Below, piece by piece: positions 55,746 to 64,000 of a stretch of 64,000 nt of DNA. Positions within the stretch are counted from its first letter, which is position 1; each line of letters starts with the position of its first letter. Both the position numbers and the translations under genes were made by a program. The stretch is from an uncultured delta proteobacterium. GTDB taxonomy: Bacteria; Desulfobacterota; Binatia; UBA9968. The notes beneath the pieces were generated by a model. The model was given only the letters and a program-made list of their open reading frames with translations. It had not been told where the DNA came from and did no database searches. The stretch is taken from positions 672,001 through 736,000 of the forward strand of contig CAWFJP010000014.1 in assembly GCA_963816145.1 (NCBI GenBank), written 5' to 3'.

Positions 55746-56650
55746 ATGTGCGGTCGCTACGGCTTTGCTCCTGGTGAGTTCCGGGAAATCAAACTCCGCT
55801 TCAACATTGGCGGGGATATACCGCTGTTCAAGCCGCGCTATAACATTGCACCTACTCAGCAAGCGCCGGTGATAGTGAACTTAGAAGGCGGAAACCGAAT
55901 GGAGTTATTCCAAATGGGGCCTGGTGCCGTCCGGGGTCTATGTGGCTAATGGGGGCTTGGATAGTGATCAGCGGCAAATCGGAGGGAACTCTTAAATCGC
56001 CGATGAAGCTAAAGACTAAAAATGGAGTCAATGGTCAGCGCGTTGCAGCGACGCGTCGTAATGCTCGTGACCGCCAAGAACAGCATCGCGTAGTTCCCAA
56101 AACACAGTGGCCAATGCCACCCACAGCACGATTTCCGCTGCACTCCAAAAATCAAGTGGTAGTAAGACTGTCACTACCGTTGTTGGAATTAAAACTTCGT
56201 ACATCATCGGTACCTCACTCGGTGTCTCGCTAGTAGAGCAATCAGGGTACCTGAGCAGTTAATATATCGCCGAAATAACTTTGGGGAAGTTTGGTCCACG
56301 TGTGTGAAAGGTTTCGAAAAACCGTCTCCGGCAGAATAGCCCGATTAGCTAGCCGAAACAGCGCATCAGCCAGCGGTGTCCCGGTCGTGAAAGGCGCAGG
56401 TGAGAATCGCTTCTGTGACTGTGTTAGCTTATAGGGACATACCGAATGGAGTGACAATGGCTGGGTAAATAAAACCCGACAGAGTGATGCTCAGCGACCG
56501 CGCCGCACTCGAATGGATTAGCGGTGACGAGATCCGTCACGCTCTAAGCTTGCTTAAACCGTTTCCCGCCGAGTTGATGGATGGCTACGAGGTTTCCAAG
56601 TTAGTGAACAATCCACAGAATGACCGTCGGAGTGCATCGTAGCAGTTTGA
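55746..56650 (+). pseudogene. Disrupted SOS-response-associated peptidase (SRAP/YedK)
   Basis: MCGRY...PRYNIAPTQ at 55746, frameshift at WGLVP, C-terminal piece LLKPFPAELMDGYEVSKLVNNPQND near 56550-56630. Confidence 0.85.
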
Positions 56651-56721
56651 TGTCTACACCTTGCTAAACTCTGTACAGACTATAGGGAATGGGTTATGGC
56701 TGATTTGATTCGCGTTAAAAC

Positions 56722-57384
56722 TCAATCGACTTTTGCTTTTTGAAGCAATAATAATACGCTGTCTCGCCGCCCCGCATCTTGGATGTATTTCCGTAGCGTG
56801 CTGTAGTGCTTTGGTTCGTCATTTATGAGCTGGCTAACGCGGCCTTGAGATATCCCCAAACTGTTCGCCAATTTAGCTTGGCTAATGCTTTTCAATTTCT
56901 TTGGCGTGATACGACCTGAGAGATCGTCTTTGCTTTCCTGATTGTTTGGATAAATCACACTATCGATCTGTGTCATGGCGTCTTGCTTTAGAAAACGCTT
57001 AAGCTCCTTCCGTTTGTCCGTTCCAAGTCGTGGTTTCTGTGTGTTGCCGGGAGGATTTGCCGCCGCAACAATCAATCCTTCAAGTTCGGCAACATTCGCT
57101 GAATTACTCAGAAAAAACAGGGTCATTGTTTCCCAGCTTTCTGCATGCTTATCCTTCAAATGTTGGTCCAACCTTTTTGGTAGAACAGAGGCCCTACCTG
57201 CGTAGTGCAGTCTGTCCCTTGAGTCGTACAACGCATATATTCCACGACTGTCGTCGGTTTGTCGTAAAAATTCCAAGAACGCGGGACGTTTCTCACCTTC
57301 AAGAAGAGCGCGATTAATTCGTCCCAGATGACTTTTTACAATTGATGGTGTTCTTTTCGCTTTGGCTTTCTTCTTCGCAGGCAT
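56722..57384 (-). CDS. GIY-YIG nuclease fused to a C-terminal XRE-type HTH
   Basis: GIYALY...YAGRA..L.KRL.QH...ELE...PPGN, then ISQAKLANSLGISQGRVSQL. Confidence 0.78.
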   Translation of the reverse strand: MPAKKKAKAKRTPSIVKSHLGRINRALLEGEKRPAFLEFLRQTDDSRGIYALYDSRDRLHYAGRASVLPKRLDQHLKDKHAESWETMTLFFLSNSANVAELEGLIVAAANPPGNTQKPRLGTDKRKELKRFLKQDAMTQIDSVIYPNNQESKDDLSGRITPKKLKSISQAKLANSLGISQGRVSQLINDEPKHYSTLRKYIQDAGRRDSVLLLLQKAKVD

Positions 57385-57792
57385 AATTACCTTCGATTGT
57401 GCTCTCGATTGCAACGGCTTTCACGCGGTGGCGACATTTTCCGTGAAAAATCATGGCGTGAAACGTAGTCCATAAATCCCCGCGTTGTCAATCCGCATTT
57501 GTTCGCGCATTTGTTCGCGTTACTCGCAATATACTTGAATGGCACAGCTGCACCACACAGGATTGCACTGCTATAGTTTAATTCTAACGGATTAACTGCC
57601 GAGAATTGAGCGTCGTGGTTGATGCCACGTGATTGACACGCCCACGAGTCGCCGTTATTCCCTGCCTGATGTTCAACCGTCTGCGAGCGTTGTTTTTAGT
57701 TTCGTGGAACCAGGATCACGTGGTGCACCGCGGCCCAAACAAGATGTCGCTTTCCTTACTATAGTACGACACCACCGAAGTGAGAAAAACTT

Positions 57793-58152
57793 ATGCGCAA
57801 TCGGGGATATGTGATCGCTATACTTTCAACTTTATTGATAACAGCGTGTTCCAAGTTTGACTCTACCCCATCGGATACCGATGCCAAAAATGTCTTCCTT
57901 AACAGGTGTTTGGTAGAGTGGCTCAAGTACAAGGATGTCAGTATTTTAAGTTTCAGAAAAATTGAAACATCCCGCCCCAAACCAAACATATATGTAGTTG
58001 AATTTGAGGCAAGCTTTACTTTCAGTCAGTCAGGGACCGTCGATCCCGGTGTAAAACCAGGACAGTTAAAAACTCAGAAAGGTAAAATTATATTCCAGAA
58101 AACAGAAAGTGAGTGGCGACCGCTGGCCGGTGCCGAAGCATGCAACTCTTAA
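57793..58152 (+). CDS. Hypothetical lipoprotein
   Basis: Signal peptide with lipobox ITA-C. Confidence 0.7.
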   Translation: MRNRGYVIAILSTLLITACSKFDSTPSDTDAKNVFLNRCLVEWLKYKDVSILSFRKIETSRPKPNIYVVEFEASFTFSQSGTVDPGVKPGQLKTQKGKIIFQKTESEWRPLAGAEACNS

Positions 58153-58199
58153 TCAACAACCATTTTTCTTTCTGGCCGACCATATAAACCCGAACTGCT

Positions 58200-58324
58200 T
58201 CGATAAGGTGCAACCTCTGCTAAAACCATTTCCGGCTGAGTTGATGGCAGCACACGAGATTTCCAATCGAATCAACAATCCAAAGTACGATGCGCCGGAT
58301 CGTGTCGCGCCCGTGGAGGCATAG
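58200..58324 (+). pseudogene. Second SRAP C-terminal fragment
   Basis: LLKPFPAELMAAHEISNRINNPKYDAP, paralogous to the 56550-56630 piece. Confidence 0.75.
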
Positions 58325-58329
58325 AACCT

Positions 58330-58536
58330 ATGCAACAACACAACGGATTCTGGATTTCCGGGACTGCCGTCCCCGGCCCTCCCTACACGGATTACTGGAC
58401 GCCAGCCGGTGCTGTTCTGTTTCAGCGCAACAACGGTTCCGTTGTGGAGCTGGTGCGGTTTAACCTAGAGAGTTTCGAGCTTGAAGATCAGGGTGTGGCG
58501 GTACTCTTCGGGCTAGAACTGGCGCGGCTTTGGTAG
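58330..58536 (+). CDS. Small hypothetical protein (possibly truncated)
   Basis: 68-aa ORF with a GGAGG RBS upstream. Confidence 0.5.
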   Translation: MQQHNGFWISGTAVPGPPYTDYWTPAGAVLFQRNNGSVVELVRFNLESFELEDQGVAVLFGLELARLW

Positions 58537-58560
58537 ACACTTCCTCGCGCGATACTGGCA

Positions 58561-59317
58561 AAGCAGCGGGATGAGCGACGAACTAATAAGCCGCCGTTTC
58601 GAGCGTTAAAGGCTGCGGAATTAGCTTCGATTCGATGAAATAGATGGAGAATTCAATCCTGGCTTCGCGTGGTCACTTGATACCGAGCAACTGGATTCAT
58701 GCCCACTCATCTCCTCATACGGAAAAAGGAAGTGATAATGCCAAATGCTGATTGCCAGCCGGTCGTTATGCTGCCTGATGGCGGCATTGGTCAAACATAA
58801 CGTGCTCATGGTTATACATAGAAAAACACCGATCGATGCTACGTGGCATCGAGAGCATCGCGGTAGCTTTGAAATCTACTCCAAAGGCTTCGTCGACTAA
58901 GACGTCTTGTCAAGCAATCAGCCTCTGAGCAAACTCGCCATAGATTCAGCAGTGCCGAGTTGCTTGACAGTGCCGCAGTATAGCTAGCGACCTACGGACG
59001 ACGCAGACACCGTAAGAGTTGACTGTAAGACTGAGCCCGAAGACAAGTTTGACTCGCCTATACTCGCTGCGATATGTGTCCGCGAATCCATGGCCCGGTA
59101 CATAGCCCGAACCTGTCCCAAGTGCAGCGACAATTTTTGGGTCGTGGTGAATCAGACACCGCATTCCAACGGTGAACGTCCCATCAACGCTCTTTGTACG
59201 TTATGCGGATTTCGGCTTGACGGTTGGCGGTTGATACGTCCCATACCGAACAAGCAGCGGGATGTTGAGCGACGAACTAATAAGCCGCCGTTTCGACGTT
59301 AAAGGATAGTGGAATTA
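58561..59317 (+). repeat. Imperfect ~63-bp direct repeat pair (58561-58623, 59252-59317)
   Basis: aagcagcgggatg(ttg)agcgacgaactaataagccgccgtttcga(g)cgttaaagg...ggaatta in both copies. Confidence 0.85.
59090..59302 (+). CDS. Small zinc-ribbon protein
   Basis: CPKC...CTLC pairs in a 70-aa ORF. Confidence 0.55.
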   Translation: MARYIARTCPKCSDNFWVVVNQTPHSNGERPINALCTLCGFRLDGWRLIRPIPNKQRDVERRTNKPPFRR

Positions 59318-59723
59318 CGTCGATGAGATTAAACAGATGGTGAATTTCAGTTTAACCCTACGGCAAAACGTCTTGATTTTCAGAGCTGCGCGAGATCGTT
59401 TCGCGTATCGTAAGCAGTGAGTCTTTTGGATAAGTAATTTTTGTTTTCTCCGTCGAATAGGTTTTGTGAGATTTGTTCGTCGCCTCATAAGTTCGATCCT
59501 GGAACGGAGGCGGTAGGCCGTCAAGAATTGATCGTGACGCGGATGGCGTCGGAGTGTCGTTGCCAATTCCGGACCAACATGCTAGGTGTTTTTTGGGCCA
59601 AAAAAGACGGAATCTTCATCGGCTGCTTGGCGCTCGGATCAGACTGGCGTCGCCTCGTTAAAGAAATTTCCTAAAGTAGCCGGTTTAATCGTGTAGTCTA
59701 TGGATTAAGACAAGAGCGACAGG

Positions 59724-60095
59724 ATGGATTTTGGGATGAATATCAAAAAAAGTTTACTATTTGTAGCTCTATTGGGAATGGCTGGTTGTGAGGGGGTTAA
59801 TTGGAATCAAGTCCTCGGCGGCCTCGGCCTCCAGAGGATGCAAATAGTATCTGCGACCTATGGACTGAACTGCGGCGCACCGCAGGGCAACGCAACTTCG
59901 CAAATCACCAAGGCGTGCAGCAGCGCTACCACGAAATGTGACTACTTCATTGATGTCAACGCCCTCGGCGACCCAAAGCAGGGTTGTATGAAGACCTTCG
60001 AGGTTCAATATCAATGCTCGGGCGGCGCCACTCAAACCGTATCGGTCCCGGCAGAAGCTAATACCAAGACTGTCACGCTACAATGCACGAATTAG
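59724..60095 (+). CDS. Lipoprotein with SUEL/Gal_lectin-like domain
   Basis: Lipobox MAG-C; IVSATYG..C...C...C...GDP..GC.K...VQYQC. Confidence 0.7.
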   Translation: MDFGMNIKKSLLFVALLGMAGCEGVNWNQVLGGLGLQRMQIVSATYGLNCGAPQGNATSQITKACSSATTKCDYFIDVNALGDPKQGCMKTFEVQYQCSGGATQTVSVPAEANTKTVTLQCTN

Positions 60096-60150
60096 TGCGC
60101 ACCAACGACCGAGATTGAACTGTTTTATCCTCTGATTAAATCTAACGCTT

Positions 60151-60767
60151 TCAATTTGACTCGCCCGTGGCCGCTGCGATATGCCTGCGGCCACCATGCC
60201 CCGGTATATACCCCGACAATGCCCTCGCTGCCATGACTACTTCGGCGTGGTCGTGAGCCAGGAGCCCAACAACAACGGTGACAGCGCGTCCCGAATGCGC
60301 CGCCCATTGGCGCCGCTTGAACAACAGCCCAATAGCGCTTGATCCACCGAGGCTCCACGCCGTTGATAGCGCCCGACCAACCCTCTCTGCCATTCCGTTT
60401 CTCAACTGCCCTCGCTGATCCGGGCACGCGGTAGCTCAATCACCGTTGCTCCACGCCCGGTGCTGATCGATCGCTGGCGCTTGCCATTGCCATAGCCGCG
60501 ACGAGCATCACTGCGCTCATAACTCCGAGCTGCCAAACCCTCCGCCAGTTCTGCTTCCGCCAACGTCATGATCATCTCGCGGACTTTGCCCCGTAGCGCT
60601 TCGGTCGATCGATCTCGACCGAATAGCTCTTCCATTGCTCCCGATCTTTGGTTACTTTCTCGCATAGGCGTATTCCTCCTCGGTCTGACTCACCCCATGA
60701 GCCAGTTGTTTTTGGGATACCGAGAGAATACGCCTTTCCCTTTTTCCACAACAAGCGGGACACAACC
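60151..60767 (-). pseudogene. IS256-family transposase N-terminal remnant
   Basis: EAEL...L.A..YERS..RRGYGNG.RQR...TGRG...ELPRAR, then frameshifted and truncated. Confidence 0.8.
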
Positions 60768-60832
60768 TGAATGGCGTCGGAACAAGTCAACGGGAATAAG
60801 GTCATTTGCAGATCGACCATAAAGTTTTCAGC

Positions 60833-61177
60833 ATGTACTTAGACATACGCAAGATAATTTTGACCATAGGTATCCTGATGCTCGCAGCGTGCAGAACCGT
60901 GGGGCCAGTGACCTCCTACGGTATAGGGACCTATGTAGTTGGAACAGAGACGCATGGTTTTGAGAGTTGGGCCGAGGTCCAGGCTCTTAGCATCAACTCG
61001 GCGAATGATTACTGCGCAAAGCAGGGGAAATTAATGACGCCTGTAAAAATGGATACACACGGCGCAAGAGGGTGGGGACCCATAGAAGCTGTGCTGACCT
61101 TCAAATGTCTTTCGGCAGGTGATCCTGAATACAAAAGACCAAATATTGAGAATCAGGAATCAAGCGAGCCGCACTGA
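60833..61177 (+). CDS. Hypothetical lipoprotein
   Basis: Lipobox LAA-C; ANDYCAKQGK...LTFKC disulfide-like pattern. Confidence 0.72.
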   Translation: MYLDIRKIILTIGILMLAACRTVGPVTSYGIGTYVVGTETHGFESWAEVQALSINSANDYCAKQGKLMTPVKMDTHGARGWGPIEAVLTFKCLSAGDPEYKRPNIENQESSEPH

Positions 61178-61700
61178 ACTTACATAGGACGCTAACGCGT
61201 GGACTTGACCCGCTTTCGTGGACACCTAGGCGTTACGGAATTCTTGCCCGAGTTTTCCCGCCACGACCGCGCCGTTGGCGTTTTCCTGTCCTCGGTAGCG
61301 GCACGATTGAGGTGTGGCGTGCGCCACAACAACTGCCTGGAGCAGACCGGCGTGTCACTCTGTTCCACGGCCGGGCGATACCGTTTAATTGTACTGAATT
61401 CTCCGACAGTTCAATCGTAGAGGCTTTTCCTGCTGTCCGCCTTTTGTCCGAGAACTGGCTCCCAAGAGACCCAAACAAACCCAGTCACGTCAATACTAAG
61501 CAGCTAAGTTTATTGGGAATGCTTGGGTCTTCCTGGTTGCTGTGCGGCCTTCAACTCGATTCGTAATCGGTAGGGCCGTGGTCCCTGAACCTACGTTTGG
61601 AAAATTTTTGGGAATTGGCCGGTGAGGGTCGGCCCTCCAGAATAGAGACGACAGACAATTGCGTGGACTTTTCTACGGCGGAAGGGAGCACAAATTCTCG

Positions 61701-61759
61701 AACCGAAACCGTTTCGGTTTTTGTGGGAATTGAGGGGTAAAATGCGGGACTATTCGGGA
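61701..61759. repeat. Copy B of the island-end motif with inverted arm-like sites ACCGAAAC/GTTTCGGT
   Basis: About 90 bp inside attR; matches 10405-10463 and the GTTTCGGK pair at 52719/52731. Confidence 0.8.
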
Positions 61760-61803
61760 AACACTCACAAAGATCAACAAAGCCCTTTCCTCATAAATCT
61801 CAG

Positions 61804-63060
61804 CTAGTTCAGCCACGTTTGCGTTTCACCTTTTTTTTCTTCTGAGTAGTTCGAGTTCAGGTGGGCCCACCAACCCTTTTTTCTAGTGTTTTCAACCGTT
61901 TGCCATGCCGTGGCCCGCCGCTTTTCTGGTTGGGTCACGATCGGGGTCACGATTCCGAGCATCTTAGCCAGCTGTTCCGCGGCATCATTGCGCACAGATC
62001 GCCGATAGTATTTCTCGATCATCGCCACTGAAGTTCCGCAGTACTCGGCAAGCCACTTGATGTTGAAGCCATTGGCTAGGCCAGCGCTGATAAACATGTG
62101 TCGGCAAGCGTAGGGCTTGCGCTCGCGCACCTTGGCCGCTTTTAGGACTCGATACCAGACAGCGCCGCGCCAGGTGTGAAAGTTCAGCGCGTGGGCCTCC
62201 TGATTGCCAAAAACAAAACTGTGCTCGGTGACGTGCAGCGGTTTAAGCTGGCGCAGCACTTCGACCACGGACGGTAAAAGCTTGATGCTGCGCTCGCTAC
62301 CGGTGGTCTTGGGTAAGCCTTCGCTGGTTTGATAGCGGCTCTTCGAGATCGTGAGAAACCCGTCGCGGATGTCAACATCGCCCCAACGCAAGGCCAACAA
62401 TTCGGAAGGGCGCGCGCCGGTGCAAAGCAAGACATGGGCGAAGGGGACATAGCAGGGGCTATGCTTGGCGAAGCTGGCAAGAATCGCGTCGCGTTCCAGA
62501 TCGATGAAAGGATCCGGTCGGTCTAGCTGAAGTCTCGGCCACGTCAACGCCTCGAAGGGGTCTTTTTCAATCAAGCCGTCGATCTTTCGCGCATCGCGCA
62601 GGCAAGCCTGGAAAGTGGCGCCGACCACGTTGCGAACGGTTTTCATGGCAAGCCCGCGCTCGTTTAACAAGTAGCTGCGAAGCTCTTCAAGGCGCCTTGG
62701 GATCACGTCGATCAGATTCACGTTGCCGAAGCGGGGAAGAATACAGCGGTTGAAGTGGTCGCGATAGTCGCGCTCGAGCCCGGCGCACATCATGGACGGC
62801 TTCTTGCGACGGATCCACTCGGCGAAATAACCGGCCACGGTTTTATTGTCCGGCTTGATTTGCTCGGCTTCGTCATGGAACCAGTCGAGCGAAAAGGCTT
62901 TGTTCCTAATCCCTGCGCTGATGATGACCGCCAGCGCTTCGACCTCGCGGCGATTCTCCGGCGTGTCGGGCTTGCCGGTAGACGTCCAAATGTCGCGGCC
63001 CTCGAAATAGATTCGAACGGTTAGCATGCCGTGACGATTAACCGATACTGCGCGAGCCAT
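61804..63060 (-). CDS. Island 2 tyrosine integrase with N-terminal arm-binding domain
   Basis: N-terminus LTVRIYFEGR...STGKPDTPENR, TGARPSE, YACRHMF, KYY; reads across the att repeat. Confidence 0.9.
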   Translation of the reverse strand: MARAVSVNRHGMLTVRIYFEGRDIWTSTGKPDTPENRREVEALAVIISAGIRNKAFSLDWFHDEAEQIKPDNKTVAGYFAEWIRRKKPSMMCAGLERDYRDHFNRCILPRFGNVNLIDVIPRRLEELRSYLLNERGLAMKTVRNVVGATFQACLRDARKIDGLIEKDPFEALTWPRLQLDRPDPFIDLERDAILASFAKHSPCYVPFAHVLLCTGARPSELLALRWGDVDIRDGFLTISKSRYQTSEGLPKTTGSERSIKLLPSVVEVLRQLKPLHVTEHSFVFGNQEAHALNFHTWRGAVWYRVLKAAKVRERKPYACRHMFISAGLANGFNIKWLAEYCGTSVAMIEKYYRRSVRNDAAEQLAKMLGIVTPIVTQPEKRRATAWQTVENTRKKGWWAHLNSNYSEEKKGETQTWLN

Positions 63061-64000
63061 GGTTAGGAATACTTTGCACAACACCTTTCACGAGGGGAAT
63101 AATTCGTAGCCGTCAGAGAAACGCGACTCTATTGCTCATCGCAATGTCTAGATCGCGCGTCAAAGAATAAAGCAGTAGTGCCAAGGAGAAAAAAGAAACG
63201 CTAAAAGTACAAAGGCCCGGGCAGCGTTGGCGCGCTGTTGTACCCGAGCCTTCGAACATCGAGGGGAATCCTGTGACAGAAACCACACCCGACAAGTCTT
63301 TTTATACACCCGCCGACCACAACCCAAGCATGAGAGCAAGCCTCACTTGGCGTGGAGCAGACGGCACTGGAGCGAGGTGATTCTACCTAATCAACACGCC
63401 CCTAATTCCTCTCATTCCTCCGTCCAGAATCAATATTTAGTAAGTCCCCAATTAAAGCTGCCGGGAGAGTTGTTGCCGTCAAGGTTATTGTCGGAGAAAG
63501 TAGCGGCAATACCCGATCCATCAAAAGCGACTCCGATGTTGTTGCCCGAGATAATCGAGGTGCCGATACGAAGAACGCCCCCCGATGCGCTATACAGCCC
63601 GACGCCGTTATTGGTCACGATGCAGTTATCAACATTGGTCACTGCACCCGAGCCCTGCGCGACAATTCCGCCAATGGAATTGCCGGAATACACACTCCCG
63701 CGTGTAGTGACCCGGGTATTCGCTCCGGCATACAAGCCATACGCTTGATTCTCAACGGTGGTTTTCTCAATCACCGCATTCACTAATCCGCTGGAGGGGA
63801 CGATGTATACCCCAACATTGGAATTGTTTCTGAAATAGGTATTCTTAATGTAGGCCTCGCTCGCCGCAAGGATAACAATACCGTTTTGCATCCCAGAGAT
63901 CACTGAGTCTTCAACGTGGAGCGATTCGCCGGCGAGAAACCTGATACCGTCGAGACCATTGCCCTTGCCGTTAATATCAAGCCCTCGGAGTATAATCCTA
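61849..64000. mobile_element. Integrative island 2, tandem with island 1, extending beyond the window
   Basis: tRNA 3' fragment followed immediately by a second integrase in the same arrangement as island 1. Confidence 0.8.
63430..64000 (-). CDS. Right-handed parallel beta-helix repeat protein (5' end outside window)
   Basis: Repeating N/G-rich strands (NNSNVGVYI, GNSIGGIVA, NNGVGLYS, GNNIGVAF); frame open to the window edge. Confidence 0.75.
   Translation of the reverse strand, partial: RIILRGLDINGKGNGLDGIRFLAGESLHVEDSVISGMQNGIVILAASEAYIKNTYFRNNSNVGVYIVPSSGLVNAVIEKTTVENQAYGLYAGANTRVTTRGSVYSGNSIGGIVAQGSGAVTNVDNCIVTNNGVGLYSASGGVLRIGTSIISGNNIGVAFDGSGIAATFSDNNLDGNNSPGSFNWGLTKY

Larger units (their letters stand above)
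52635..61874. mobile_element. Integrative island 1 at tRNA-Ile2 (~9.2 kb)
   Basis: 26-bp direct repeat gttcgagtYcaggtgggcccaccaac at 52635-52660 and 61849-61874 (1 mismatch), adjacent integrase, AT-richer cargo. Confidence 0.9.

Noticed and set aside
58561-59317. Repeat pair as a CRISPR array
   Set aside because: Only two imperfect copies about 690 bp apart, and no cas genes. No CRISPR array was seen anywhere in the window.
61200-61228. IS3-like terminal inverted repeat (tggacttgacccgctttcgtggacacct)
   Set aside because: No partner repeat or IS3 transposase sequence is recognisable nearby.

Overview
This is a bacterial chromosomal window of moderately high GC. The gene content suggests a deltaproteobacteria-like lineage, possibly Ca. 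Binatota (inference). It has five parts. (1) The 3' part of a K+-independent H+-pyrophosphatase, then tRNA-Leu(UAA) and an ~8.4 kb accessory region with an ExeA-like ATPase-BON gene, an IS91-type transposase plus tyrosine recombinase element and a stand-alone NRPS A-T gene. (2) An orphan sigma54-type Flp pilin, a gdhA relic and metabolic genes. (3) ftsE-ftsX-envC-ctpA-xseA-M23-xseB. (4) An ~18 kb light-stress and pigment block lying between xseB and ispA-dxs-tlyA. It holds an acyltransferase, a glycosyltransferase, a class II photolyase, DUF523/DUF1722, a cobalamin-binding regulator with a C-terminal XRE HTH, crtE-crtI-crtB, a KSalpha-like ketosynthase, a methyltransferase, a flavoprotein and cruF. 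(5) rpsU-yqeY-cvpA-dnaG-rpoD-tRNA-Ile2(CAU), then two tandem integrative islands whose paralogous integrases read through the att site. The strongest candidates for undescribed biology are the B12-XRE regulator and the ketosynthase/methyltransferase/oxidoreductase module inside the carotenoid operon. Several +1 frameshifts in short homopolymers may be sequencing errors. All calls come from reading the sequence; no database searches were run.
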